In this document: positions 13,230 to 28,069 of the stretch, piece by piece
How positions within the stretch are numbered: the stretch's first letter is position 1
How the letters are laid out: every line of letters begins with the position of its first letter
Source: Tricharina praecox
Taxonomy: Eukaryota
DNA: 64,000 bases
NCBI RefSeq assembly: GCF_024521635.1
Contig: NW_026250419.1
Span: forward strand, 434,001-498,000
Reading direction: 5' to 3'
Notes under the pieces: generated by a model
The model's input: only the letters and a program-made list of their open reading frames with translations
What the model was told of the DNA's origin: nothing
The model's database searches: none
Translations under genes and position numbers: made by a program

Positions 13230-15690
13230 CGCCGTGAACTGGGTTGGCGTGGGTTGCGTTGGGGGCAGCGAGCGAGGGAAGATTAAGCTCCCGCGCGCCC
13301 GCTCCGCGCCCGCGCACCCGCTCCGCGATCGACGGAAACGTGGTTGGCTGGCCTGGCTGGCCTGGATGGATGGCTTGGATGTATGGATGGATGGCGGAAC
13401 TTGGAAGGAATGAAGCATGGTTGGCTGACTGGCTTTGGAATTGGAATTGGATACACGATGGCTGGCGAATCATCAGGCGTAGCTGAATCACACGCATCAC
13501 GATTCACACGCTTCACACGTTCTCGACGGGGATGGTCAGTATGCAGAGTCCAGACATTATGTGTTCAAGCTAACTAGGTACCGTAGGTGATCCTGATTGA
13601 GCTTGTATGCAGACATTGAATTGTTTCCCTGACGATTTTGCTTACGCATAGTCTCGACTCTCGACTCTCGTCCCTTCCTCATATGTATGCATATTCACTC
13701 CTTCTTACCTGTACCTAGTAGAACTCACCCTCGGGAGTGAGGGGGTTATCAACTGCCATCGTCCACGGCGACTTCTGGATGGGTAGTTATCCTGATCGTC
13801 GTATCATCTTTCTGCTCCACCTCATCTACTACACTGTACGACCTGACCTGCTAAGGACACCCTCCCACTTCTGCCTCCACCGTCTTCTCTCTTCCATTTA
13901 CGTCTCATACCATACTCCTCCATCTTCGCCTCCATGAGCTTTCTACCCTCGTGATGCGTGGGTCTCCGCCCTACCCTTTTGTGCCCACTTGAGCTTGCCT
14001 TCCTTCATTCATTCCTTCCTTTGGTCTCGACCAGCCTGCTCGTCCGTCCCTAACGAGGAGATGAGGGTATGAAGTCCTCCGGCTCGGGCTCGGCCATTTC
14101 CTCGTCATCACGACGAAGGCCGTGATACGCGTCCTCACACACTCCATCTCCTCTCAATCCGTATTCGCCTGTTTGTACCTGGCATTCGCCCGTTTGCGCC
14201 GTTTAGCCGTTGCCGCTTTTCCATGGGCTACCATATCCCCGGGAATCTCGCACAATTGCACTCAATGCCTCATCTGATCGATCGGTGGTGGTGCCTTGAA
14301 AGGCCTCAATCAGTCCAGTCGGTCAGTCAGTCGGTCACGGGGCCGTCGAGATTGAAAGCGGAGCGGAGCGCAGGACGGAATGGATAGGAGGTCAACACCA
14401 GCCTGGGCCACCCATCACGGCGGTATCGATGCTGCGGTCGCCGACGTCGTCCTCGCCGTCGCCGCGAATAAACAACGCAGGCGTCACAGCCAACCGCGCG
14501 TTTCCCACCGAAAAGACCCAATGTGACCCGGTTGATTTCCGGGCTCGGTCCAATATCTCAACTGGGTATATATTTCGGGATATATTTCGGGATCCTGGCC
14601 TGGCCTTGCCTTGTCTTGTCGTACCTTGCATTGACACGGGTCTTCCCACACGTCCGCCATGGTCTATGGCCCGCGTATCGGATCGGTGGTCATACATGGA
14701 GCTTCAAGCGTGGCACTGCATCGAGATCTTCAGCCGTTGAGGTGGAGTGTGTGTCTGGAGAGCACTTGTTCCATCCATCGTCGTATCCTCAGCGGGGCGG
14801 ATGGGATCGCTGGCGAGCGGGCTTGTGGCGGCCATTTGGTCTAGGACTGGGGGGTTTTCCTTCGTTCCATCTTGGCCGTCCTGAAGACTTGATTGTGCCT
14901 ACTCTACTCGGCGATGGAGATCGAGAAGTTGTATTGTGGGTTGTGGGTCATGGGTTATGGGTTTCGTACGGGCCAAAACGAGTGAGATGGTATTCCCCAA
15001 CGATAAATGGACCGATTTCTGGTCCTTTGGGGACAGCATCAAAGGACAACGTCTTTAATATAAGCTACGCAACAAAGAATAGGTTTGTTACCGGTCGGTA
15101 CTCTCGAACAAAACTACGGTTCTTTCGAGTTACCTGGGACACCAGTGATTGTCCGGGCTGGGTGGCCATAATTGTCGAGATAAGACCGGTGGACAGCTGG
15201 ACTATAGTAAGGGAAAGAGGGATATCCGATTTCTATAATCTCATGTCAACGAGCCCAAGCCAATCATGAGAACGTGCAGACACCCGGTTATAGGTACCGG
15301 TATTTGTAACATTCCATCTACCACCTATCGCTTTTACATCACTCATTCGCAACCGCCACCCATCACTCGCACAATCACAACTTTTGCTACCAAGACTTCA
15401 TAGGGCGGAGCCTCATCCCACCAAAAGGTCAACAAAACAAGTAAGGGACTATGTACCGATCAATCCGATCCCAGGACACCCACGAGGTCTTTTATCTTCT
15501 TCTAGTTTACATCCTTCTTCACCACCATTTCCTACTACATTGTACCATACTCATACCATACTCACACCATTTTTACTACCCCCATCAATTACAGCTTGCT
15601 ACCCGAGATACCATTCACAGAACCGGCCTTCTGCGCCTCACACTCGTTACTAGCATTTCTTTTGTCTGTTCATTTACCACCTAATACATC

Positions 15691-16862
15691 ATGAAACCCG
15701 CGCTGTACCTTCTCGCCGCTGCGGCAGGATGTTTTGCAGTTCCTCTCGACAGAAGAGCACAGTCGGTAAGTCAAATCTACTCATGGTAGGCTAGATTCCG
15801 ACTAACATGGATCAGCTCGCAATCAAGACTGTTACCGCCAAGGTAGTACGGGTCCACATTGAATGTTGGGAATGACATAGCTGCTCACTCGTCGGCGAAT
15901 AGCAGACAAAACTTCCGCCGCATACGAAACCCAGCATCCAATCCCAGAAGTTAACACTGTCAGTGATTGTCGTTGCAACTGCGACGACAACAGCACAGGT
16001 TCAACCGACCCAGACCGCGGAACATGAGGCATCCATTCCAACCGCCACGATAATCCACCAAGCCGGAGCTGGCGCCACAATATCCATCGATCCGCTCTCC
16101 GCCTCGCACCCATCATCCACAGCGCCCCCCACACCCACGCAGCCCTCCGCCACCCCGACCACGAGCACGGGAATCTCGCGCCCAGCGATGCTAGCCATCT
16201 CGCTCACTTTGCTCTTTGTATTCGTGATCGCCGCCGCAGGCGGGATAGTCTACTGGTCGCACCGGCAGACGGCGAAAGCATACCGCAAGTACCGGCGGGC
16301 GCACCACGGACAGCTGCTGCGCGTCAACCTCGAGGGCGTGGTGGAGTGGATCACGCCGCCGACACGGACCCGCGCCGACCTCGGATTGTTTCACGTCAAC
16401 ACTTGTGCCGTTGGCTACGGGAAGATGCCGCCGGTTCTCACGGCGAGGCTCCCGGGTGAAGGCAGCCAGGAGGGGAGCCAGGAGATGAGCCCGAGATCGA
16501 GGAGGACGGCAAAGGCAAAGGATGAGAAGGCGGAGTCGGAGAAGGCACAGGCCGGCAGCGACACGACGGCGCCGAAGGAGGATAGTGGATATGTCGAGGG
16601 AGCACTGGACGCTTCTGGCGAGATGGGCGAGATGGGAGAGCGTGGTCTCGAGCCTGGCGAGAGGGTGTACAGGATCGAGCGTGGTGAGAGGGTGCACATG
16701 ATCGACCGTGGTGAACGGAAGCAGGTCGGTCCTACGCCCACGGATGAGGACTCTGAGGACTCCGAGGAGGACCTCTCCGATACTGTTAGTTACCGCAGTA
16801 TCGACGGCCACACGGCTGGCTGGCTGCGCGACTATGGATATATGGGTCCTGCAGGTAGGTAG
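15691..16862 (+). CDS. Type I membrane protein (signal peptide, Ser/Thr/Pro-rich ectodomain, single TM, acidic cytoplasmic tail), about 353 aa, 3 exons
   Basis: Exons 15691-15765 (MKPALYLLAAAAGCFAVPLDRRAQS), 15816-15842 and 15903-16862. Introns 15766-15815 (GTAAGT..ACTAAC..CAG) and 15843-15902 (GTAGTA..GCTCAC..TAG) keep the frame. The TM segment AMLAISLTLLFVFVIAAAGGIVYW is followed by a basic stop-transfer stretch (HRQTAKAYRKYRR). Confidence 0.8.
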
Positions 16863-16911
16863 TTGATCCTGCCTGGGTGGTGGTTGATCCTGCCTGGGTG
16901 GTTGATCCTGC
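16862..16911. repeat. Short tandem repeat (GTTGATCCTGCCTGGGTG) x about 2.5 directly after the membrane-protein stop codon
   Basis: GTTGATCCTGC occurs three times at 18-21 nt spacing. Confidence 0.8.
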
Positions 16912-17321
16912 TACCGTCTACAGATCTCGCACAAGTCCTTTCCTTGTAGGTAGTGTAGGCAGCAATTCCGAATCCAATTCCGTTACATATACGTCAATTT
17001 CATCAACCATTATCCACCCCCCCTCCCCCTCCTCACGGGGCGACATCGTGCATCTAATAGTAGCAGCTTTGACATGTATAACGCGCAGGAATATATATAC
17101 TATACATGAGAAGACCCGCCTCCATACCCACCCCCATCCATCCATCCATGTTTCGCACTTATCGTTCGTCGCCCCCCCGCCCCCACCGCCAACCATACCA
17201 ACCATCTCATTAATTCAAGAAGCAAAACCCCAAAACTCTACGCCAGCAAACTACATAGTTAAACAGTAAATACAAAAGTATTAGAAGAAAAAGGTTTAAC
17301 GGTGTTCTCATTCCGGTTGGT

Positions 17322-19128
17322 TCATCGATCGCCATCGTCCCCGCCGCTGCCGTTGTCGCTGCTGCCGCTGCCGACGTCGTCTGGCTTTTTGCCGTAGATG
17401 AAGAATCTGCGCATTATCGTTAGCTCTCTCACTCTCACTCGAGCTCACACACACCAATCAACGGTGCAGATGGGGAGGGGTGGGATAGGATAAATAAGCT
17501 CACGTCTGAACCCAAAATCTTCTTTCGGCGAGTATGAGGTCCTTCGCGGCGGCGAGGATTTTATCCCTCACCTCCTTCTCGCTCCATTTCAGCTCCCGGG
17601 TCAAGAGTCCGGTCGAAAAGCTGTTGAGACTCTCCATCATCCCCTGACGCCCCCAAGTCCCAATCTCGTTGAGCTCCTTGATCTCGGGCCAGGGCGTGAG
17701 CGGCCATGCTTTGATCTCCACCGTGATATCGACGAATCCCGCATCCCGCATTAGGTCCTCCATGTCCCGTGCAACGACTAGTGGCCGGCCGCGAGCTTCA
17801 GAGATGCGGAGCATCAGCGTCCACCAGTCCGAGAAGGGCGTTGACGGTGGAGAAACTGGGTTGAGCGCGTCGAGGTGTGCTGGGTCGGGTCCTTCGACAA
17901 ATAGACAGGCGCCGTGGTCTTGGAACTCGACGAAGCCGCCGGGTTTTAGGTGTCTGCGATGGGGAGTCAGTAAGGTGCATGGTTATGGTGGGACGATGCC
18001 GACGGGAAGACGCACTCGTAGATTCGGCTCAGTAGCAATGGCCAATCGGAGAAACTGCCACTCATACTTCGCATGTGGACGAAGTCAAAGTGGTTGCTTG
18101 GGTAAACCCATTCGCTCTCGGCGTCGTCAACCTCGAAGACACTGAAAGCTTGTTAGAAAATCGTATGCACGCAAATCCTTGGAAGATGCCTCGTTTACCA
18201 ATTCGCGGGTATCCTGCACGCTTCTGTCAGTTCACAGAGATGGCCTCAGCTTCATGAACCCGAAAGGAAGCATACCATGGAGGCTGAATGCGACTCAGAT
18301 CGTTGCCGATGACCTTCGCATCCGGATATTGCCTACAAAGACGAAACGAAAGTTCAGTTTCAGCCAGCAGTCTTGCATCACCCCATCCATCCATCCATCC
18401 GAGCATTCATCCACCCATCTTCCACCTCTATCTCCATCATCCATCTCCAACTCCAACTCCAACTCCAACTCCAACTCCCACTCCATCTCCATTTCCATGT
18501 CCATGTCCATGTCCATCATCCACCATCTATCTCCATCTCGCATTCCACGAAAGAAACCTTCCCCCCTGCCAAAAAAAAGCCGTACTGGCCAAGGACGGGA
18601 ACGGAACCAATCCAGCACTTACTCGGCCATATCGATCGCCCATTCGCCAGCTCCGGTTCCGACATCCAAGACGATCTGTGGATCGTTTAGAGGTGCTCTG
18701 TGCAAAGCTCCTCCCAGCAGCATCAAGAAGAGGTGGTGATGCAGCTCCAACCTGAAAACACAACCAGTCCATCGCCAACGATTAACTCCTGATGCCAATG
18801 GGGGCGCGCGCGCAGCACGAAGGGGAGGGGGCAGAGGGGAGGGGGCAGAGGGGAGCGGGTGATTGAACCTTCTGATTTCCGGCTCATCGTTCGGTAGGAT
18901 GTACTTTCCGGCGCGATATGCGTGGTACCGTCGCCCGTTCTCGTACACGTATGAGTTGACGTTCGAAGCAGCTGAATCACTGGAGATACCGTGTAAGCCG
19001 CTCGCCGGGAGGAATTCACCCAATGCTAGATGCACTCCACACATGATGGCTGCGTACCCAGCCTGGGAGGCGGCGAACCCCGAGTCGATGAGAGAGACCG
19101 AATCCTGGCTAGATGGAGTGTCAACCAT
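17322..19128 (-). CDS. LaeA-like (Methyltransf_23/TAM-type) SAM-dependent methyltransferase, about 373 aa, 7 exons
   Basis: Exons (minus strand) 19128-18869, 18751-18623, 18332-18276, 18213-18199, 18141-18016, 17953-17504 and 17406-17322 sum to 1122 nt in frame. Family motifs: YENGRRYHAYRAGKYILPNDE, LELHHHLF, VLDVGTGAGEWAIDMAE, VIGNDLSRIQPPWIPANCVFEVDDAE, FDFVHMR, HLKPGGFVEFQD, AGFVDI, WPLTPWP, FIYGKKP. Confidence 0.93.
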
Positions 19129-22100
19129 TTGTTTCTTATCTCGTCCCTTCGGAGGCTCGTTGAGTTGCGGATTTTTTTCGTTCGTATAAGGGAGCGTGAG
19201 AAAGCGTGAGAGGGTGTGAGGGAGCGTGAGGGAGCTCTGATGATTGATCAGCCCAGTGTGTGGCTGTGGGGGCTTTTTTGTTTTTTTCTTTCTTTTTTCT
19301 TTTTTTCTTTTAGGAAATCTGTGCGAGCCAGACACGGGTTGGGGGGAGATGGGGAATGGGGGGGGATGGGGGAGCACATGCGAGGAGGCTGGAGGAAGAA
19401 GAACGCGAACACTCAGAGAGTCAGAGCACTGACATCTGGTACACTCGGAGACTAATAGCTATTTTGAGGTAAAGCTTTAAGCCATCATCTTTTGTTGTGT
19501 GCCAGGAGTCTCCCGCTGTTGGAGTTTGGGAAAAGAGGGCAAGGAAAAGAAAAGGACTATGTACCGTAGTTAGACGTTGCTGCGGAGGTGGGGGGTGAAG
19601 AAGGGTGATTGGCCAGCAAGCCGTAGCGGGTACAATTAAGGCTCGGTGTGGACGATCGTTTGATCCCGAGGGCCAGGTTAGGCACCCCGCTCTCTCGCCT
19701 AGGTATGTTGATGTGGGATGTTCGAACTGGCACATCTACTGACAGTTGTGTAGATAGGTTGATACTCTACATCCATCCTCTGTTCGTAGAGCCGAAAAAT
19801 TACACCAACAGCAGCTGAGCCACAGATTGCAGTGGGGGGCAGACTTTTTGGCGCTGGGCGCCGAGATATGTAGAGATAGACATAGAGTAGAGCATCTCCC
19901 ACGGCCCTATCCACTTGCGGATTAGTCTCCGGCCATGGCTGTGGACCACAATGCCCCCAAACTCTTTCGCCTGGTCTTTCCCTGTAGAACACTGGGCAGC
20001 AGCTGGCCTGTCTCCTCCGTCTTGCATGCTCGCTCGCTTCCCCGCCGGACGGGCGGGTCTTTCGAGGGGGCTTCTTTCGAGGACGCTGACTGTGCGCCTT
20101 CTGCCTGCAGCACCGCCGAAACCCCTACCTATCATACGACACTCGTTTGGTTCGGACAGGTGCGACACTCGGATTCGAATCCTGCACGCGAATTCATCTC
20201 CGTTTGCCATAATGAAAGGATAGGTAGGCGTGAAGCAGCAGCTGGACAGGCACAGACTTCTCAAGCGGCATCATCCCGAGGGTTTTGGCATTTGGGATCC
20301 TACACGCCGGTGTTGACGACAAGATGGATGAGATGACGATGGACCCACACGTCGAGATGGATGAGATGGCGATGGACCTGCCGTGTATCGAGAGGCGTAT
20401 AGTAGTTATGCCGGCAACTACCGGTACCAGTCGATCCAACAATTAAAGGGACACTGCAGGGGCCACCAGCCACACCAGCCACACCAGCCACACCGACCAC
20501 ACCGAAACACCCATTCGAAAAGCCCCTCGCCAGCGCCACAGCACAGAGAAGGACGATCCAAGCCAAGAAAATCCATAGGAGTGAAGTCCGAGGTGTTCTG
20601 GGCGTATATAGGGTGGGGGCGGCCAATGGCTGTTGTCGCTGGCCGAGATCACCAGGCCACGGCGTGGTTGATGAGGCTGCTGTGGCTGGGGATCTTGGCC
20701 TGTTCTCGTTTTTATTGGATCGTCTGCCTAAATGCAGAGATGCAGTTGGCTGAGAATGCGTTGTGGATGTTGGGCGAGGCGTTGGTGAAAAATAGGGCGG
20801 AGAGCTCGAGAGTCAGGATCATGCGCAGGACGCTATGCATTGGCGTCCAGCGCCCCCACCATCCAGCGGCACATTCCTTCTCCTCCCCCATCCCTCTTTC
20901 CTTCCTACATCCCTCTTTTCTTCATGCATCCCTTCTTTCCTGCATCCCTCAAGTTTCCTTCCTGCATCCCTCTTTCCTTCCTGCTTCCAGCTGGCAGTCG
21001 TAGTTGCATGAAATCAAGGAAAAATCGTAGCGGACTTCTTTCCACCCGTCCCATGATCTGCTGTCGGTGGGTCCTCCATTTAATTTTTAATGACGCGGGG
21101 GGGTGATGCTGTCGCTCGTGCATAAACCTCCCACCAAATTGACATTCCCTTAAGGTCCTTTTTCCTCGTATGTATACCGGTATCCTATATACGTGTCTTA
21201 GCGCCTGACCAGGGGCAACTGATTCGGGGGGGATCTGGGCAAAGGAAGAATCCCACAAATCTCGGGGAACAAATATGTGAGATGTGGAGCGCAGCTCAGC
21301 TCAGCTCATCCCGAAAACGCCGCCTTTCAACGGTGCGCGGAGGCATGGACTAAAGGAGAAGGAATTTGTACATAACGCAGTCATCGGACGACGTGGGGTC
21401 TGTCCAATCTTTCTTTCTTTCTGACGGTCAGCGACGCCATTTTGCTCGGTCTCGTCTAGAGTATTATTCCTGCGCACCGAATGGTAATGGTACTTAGATA
21501 TGTGCTCTCTGTCATCCAGCTGTGCATGTGTGCTTGCCCCATAACCAGAGTAGCTACCGTATGGCATGTTCCGTTCGTATAAGCTGACTGGAAACGCCAC
21601 AGGTTCTGCTTCCAAGACTTGGAATGAATTTCGCCCCGTCTTGTTACTCTAGCTCCGGATCGTGTCTCGCTGCAGACCAATTCCTGTCTTTCGTGACTAG
21701 GTAGTTAGCGTCTTGTAACTACCTCAGCGCCAGCCCTGACGAAGTGAAAACGCTATCCAGCGCAGCGAATGAGGGTGTTTATGGGTTGAACCGGCTAACA
21801 AAACAGCTGGTACGAGACAACTCTGGCTCAAGGGAAGGAAGGCAAACTTGCAATCGAGCTTTCACCAGATTCGCCACCACTATAGGAGAGCTTCCTCCTG
21901 TCCCATCTCCGAGACTCCGACTCGGTTCTCTAGGGTATCCAACTAGTTGGTTACTCCATGACGGGTCCATCGCCATCCGCGACCGAAGGCCGCCGGTTAG
22001 ACCTCTCATTTCATGAAACCAGGGGTGTTTATCATCGTGGAGGAAAGGGAGAGATGCTAGAGCTGCTCGGGTTCTGTTGATTTTCTCCGACAATGCGGCG

Positions 22101-24086
22101 GTACAAGCGCTATCTGCCACATCTTGCAAGTTGCTAGTCGTATGTTTGTGGAAAAGGCGGTGCACGGACTTCCAATTGCAAGTTCAGGAGCAACGCACAC
22201 CAGTGCCCCCCGGGTTAAGTGCAGTGATGGATGCTTGGTTCGCGTTCTCCGAGACAGTGATGAAGGCAGAGAGCAAGCATGCATGCATAGGTAGGTGGTA
22301 AACCATGGAGAATCGGAGAGGGAGAAACACCTCTGCGTCGATACGAGGAGTGCCGGGTGCGAGCGGGTGAGCGAGTTCCGTTTGAAAGTTGATCTTGAGG
22401 TGTATGTAGGCAGAAAGTATGTAGGAAACGAGCATCGCAGAGCCGGAGGGAACAGGGGGAGCTTGACCCAACCCCGGCTCCACTGCATAGCTATGTAAGC
22501 ACTTACTAATCAGCCTGCCCGACCAAATGTCCATGTTGACCCCGGGTCGCCATGGTTACGGTGCCAACAGCCTGCTCATATAGAATCTTCGAGGCCACCT
22601 TCGCATCGCAGGGCGAGGAAGATAGGAAGACTTTCGGGCCGCTCCCTTTCCCGCTCCCTTTCCCGCTCCTACGTCTTTCGCACTATGGAGCAGCAGAAGC
22701 AGTCGGTGACCTTCGGTACATAACCCCGGGATTCACGTGTGGTACTCTACATACCAGTTATCAGGTGTATACCGAAGTATTTATGATAGGACTACGTATC
22801 TACGAAAGTACACACAGGAGCAGTGAGTGGCGAAGTGATAAACCACCAGTGCTCGGTAGGAGCTGGCTGCATGCGCTCGGACGCTCAAATTGAGGGTGCT
22901 CGGCACGTACGTACGGTAGATCCAGAAGACTCCTGCGCGAAAACCACTCACAGAGGTACATATCACTCGAGTAGGTACATTATGTACCTTGTACCTCGAA
23001 TCTGATGGAGTACGGTACTGGGTACCCAAGCCTGCCAACGGGTCACATCAATGAGTGAGTGGGGCCGTGTCTAGAGTAGTTACGTGGTTCTGTGGCCACT
23101 CCAACGGTAAGCGGCCGATCAACCAGAGTGGAGTAACTATCGGCAGTCATGTGACGCGCGAGTGAGCGTTATGCTTCGATTGCACAACTCGGTTACACTC
23201 ACTCACTCGTTGTTGACATCACGCGTCTTATTGCCTGTTCCGGTGTCACTGCTATTTTCCACTGTCTTTTTGCATACTGCCCTCATTTCCTTCGTGGCTG
23301 CTTAGCATTGTCCATGGCTTCTCACCAGTCAGCTTCTTCAGCTAAAAGCCTTCAAGCCTCAGCCTAGTCCGGCGATCGCTCGAGACAGTTGCCTGGACGG
23401 TGGACAGGAATAAGGGAAAGTAAATATGATAGGCCGCCATAGTCTCGATACCCAGGCGGGAATGCGAGTACGCATGATGAAACCAAAGGATCAGATAGGA
23501 AGTACTGATGTCGACAGGAACGCCCCAAGGGAAGATACAGAGGAAGAGGGGGGAAAGTACGAGTGAGTCATCAGCATTGGGAGGGAATTGGATGTACTGT
23601 ACTTTCGTGGCTGGAAACGGTCGAATACATCGAGAGTCAAGCTGATTTTGGTTGACGGTCTTGCCTTGGCCAGATTTGTGTACCGTCGGGTCCTTTAGAG
23701 GATATTCTCTACTATGTAATACCTACGTAAAAGCCTGGAGTGCTGAGAAGTAGCCAGTGAAAATTTTAGTAAGGTTCGTGTAGCGGCCGGCCGAAATATC
23801 TGGCTATGTAGAGATGGCTAGGTTTCTGACCAGCCCAAGCAGCCTGGACTCAGCACTGCCGGAACACACTGGCAGGTTAGATGCTGGGGACGATGCTCCA
23901 GGGTCCGGAAAGCTTTGTGATATGCGCGGCAAGGAGAAAAGGACTTCCAATTCATATATCTATTTATTCCACCACTTTCACCACTTTAATATGGAAAACC
24001 TTACTTGATTCAAGCTCGTCAAATCTCCACCGCCGTCTCAATACCTTCAGATCATACATTAACCGCCCCCCCTCTACCACCTCACC

Positions 24087-24497
24087 TTACTGCGTATCGT
24101 AATGCCCAGGCCCAGTTGCCCCAATATCTTTTCCTTGCGAAGCCTTCAGCGTGTGCTTCCCTGGCCTCATCTGTTTCCCACCATGGGTAGGCCCGACATG
24201 CTTCCCCTCGACGCCGGGCGGTAGCTGGTCACCCATTAGGGTGACCACCTCGCCGGTGAGCCCGGAGACCTGCGGGTTGTCGGGGAGATCGGTCATGTTG
24301 TCGGCGGAGGGGTGGACGAGCTTCGGATCGGTCTTGAAGTGCTTCTCGCGGGCGGACGAGTGCACGACGTTTTGCGTGCCCGAGTCCGCGGGGATGTGAG
24401 TGCCGCCGCGTGCGGAAAGTTCGGCGAGTGTGCCGCCGCGGTAGGCTTCGTCGTCGGACTTGGTCTTGGACTTGGCGTTAGATCGGGGATTGGACAT
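24087..24497 (-). CDS. Small hydrophilic conserved fungal hypothetical protein (136 aa)
   Basis: Intronless ATG-initiated ORF with strong GC3 bias. Motifs GTHIPADSGTQN and ADNMTDLP..GLTGEVVT.MGDQLP recall an uncharacterised ascomycete family. A TATA box lies about 75 bp upstream. Confidence 0.8.
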   Translation of the reverse strand: MSNPRSNAKSKTKSDDEAYRGGTLAELSARGGTHIPADSGTQNVVHSSAREKHFKTDPKLVHPSADNMTDLPDNPQVSGLTGEVVTLMGDQLPPGVEGKHVGPTHGGKQMRPGKHTLKASQGKDIGATGPGHYDTQ

Positions 24498-24570
24498 GCC
24501 GGGTTTTGTTGCTTGGATTTGCTGAATGGCGAGTGCTGATGCTGTCCTACATGCCGCCTGAGAGGTGCTG

Positions 24571-24611
24571 TTTATATATACGGGCGGTCGTGATGAGCAT
24601 GCGTTACGTCA
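24571..24611 (-). promoter_or_regulatory. TATA box plus CRE/ATF-like site upstream of the small hydrophilic protein gene
   Basis: TTTATATATA at 24571-24580 reads TATATATAAA on the minus strand. TTACGTCA at 24604-24611 is TGACGTAA on the minus strand. Confidence 0.5.
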
Positions 24612-25115
24612 TGAGGTGTGAGGTCGTGATGACTTCAGTACGATCCAGTGCATACGCATTACCTCATCTACCCGGAGACACAGGTACATCACTCGGCGTG
24701 ATCAGGGTCTTGCATTCTCCATGTACGGGCCCGAGCAAAAAACGCCAGGGCGGAGGGCAAAGGAACCCCACATCGCGCCCTCCACTTTGCGGGGAAAGAC
24801 AGTGGGGAGGAACCGGAATATAACTACCATGATGAGGAAACAAAAATCCGAGCAGAACCCCCTGGATTCCCTACCGCGAAAACAGAGGTCTCTATCCTAC
24901 TGCCAAAGTGACGACAATTCCTCAAGGCCCAACGGTTGAAGGCGAAATATCACTTTTAGTAGATAATGAGCTTTTCAAAATACTATGAACCACAGTCGTG
25001 ACTCGTGACTAGGCCAGGCTTCTATTAAATCATCACCAAACATCGCTCATCAGCGTTGATATCATTAACGTAACTAAGCACCTTGTTCTTCGGGATTTCT
25101 CCAAAAATCCACATC

Positions 25116-28069
<2,954 letters not shown>

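Noticed and set aside
14523..15269. 248-aa ORF
   Set aside because: It has a non-ATG start and no recognisable motif or coding bias. It could be a relic but I cannot support it.
20870..20990. Repeated TTCCTGCATCCCT units resembling a repeat-spacer array
   Set aside because: A degenerate pyrimidine minisatellite with 3-9 nt low-complexity gaps in eukaryotic DNA; not CRISPR.
21779..22534. Two same-frame minus-strand ORFs separated by one TGA (possible readthrough or pseudogene)
   Set aside because: No recognisable protein family and no SECIS-like or readthrough context that I can support.
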